Made by a program: the position numbers and the translations under genes. The notes under the pieces were generated by a model. The model was not told where the DNA came from. It saw only the letters and a program-made list of their open reading frames with translations, and made no database searches. A stretch of 60,610 bases of DNA, counting the filler. It is 9 parts of 9 records of this genome, joined end to end, with 100 filler letters (N's around TTAATTAATTAA, not from the genome) between each part and the next. Parts side by side here need not be neighbours in the genome. Positions count along the whole stretch, not along the records: positions 55,354 to 60,610 come from SRR2962707_3148; 8 more parts are not named here. One strand, 5' to 3'. This document shows, piece after piece, positions 60,585 through 60,610 of the stretch (positions are counted from its first letter, which is position 1; each line of letters starts with the position of its first letter).

Positions 60585-60610
60585 GGCCTAACTCCTCCTG
60601 AAGGCGGCGT

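Noticed and set aside
1-60610. CRISPR arrays, rRNA, prophage genes, or a system spanning several contigs
   Set aside because: No repeat-spacer arrays, rRNA or phage hallmark genes were seen, and the contigs come from different organisms or loci.

Overview
This window is not one locus. It is nine unrelated contigs joined by 100-nt artificial linkers (N44-TTAATTAATTAA-N44), so adjacency across linkers has no biological meaning. C1 (1-5799, alphaproteobacterial): urtA divergent from a transporter-fused hybrid histidine kinase and a LuxR-type response regulator, with a palindromic operator. C2 (5900-11327): RND permease, GNAT, LysR, MAPEG and the end of an Atm1-like ABC gene. C3 (11428-19582): half of tRNA-Leu plus housekeeping genes (malonyl-CoA decarboxylase, nnr, orphan ParA, OsmC fusion, hydratase, nudF, cysK). 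C4 (19683-25024): degenerate tRNA-Met att-like scar, GAF-PucR regulator, a BKACE homolog missing two Zn ligands, and sugar-type ABC genes. C5 (25125-32978): glyA, L,D-transpeptidase, ldtR, hemB, RDD, Lrp, ior. C6 (33079-41640): intron-rich eukaryotic DNA (EF-hand/PhyH dioxygenase, THUMP methyltransferase, WASH-like WH2 protein). C7 (41741-49379): lower-GC, LacI-regulated amidohydrolase/ABC catabolic cluster ending in an IS6 start. C8 (49480-55253): accessory region between a tRNA 3' end and rpoD, with a low-GC Cys-rich protein + RxxxxH (HEPN-like) two-gene cassette and a structured, sigma32-promoted sRNA candidate. C9 (55354-60610): tkt, class I fba, rpe, TauE, USP. The best novelty candidates are the two-gene HEPN-like cassette (51799-53293), the sRNA (54641-54799), the degenerate BKACE, the transceptor kinase and the C7 pathway. 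All calls come from motif recognition by eye; no searches were run.
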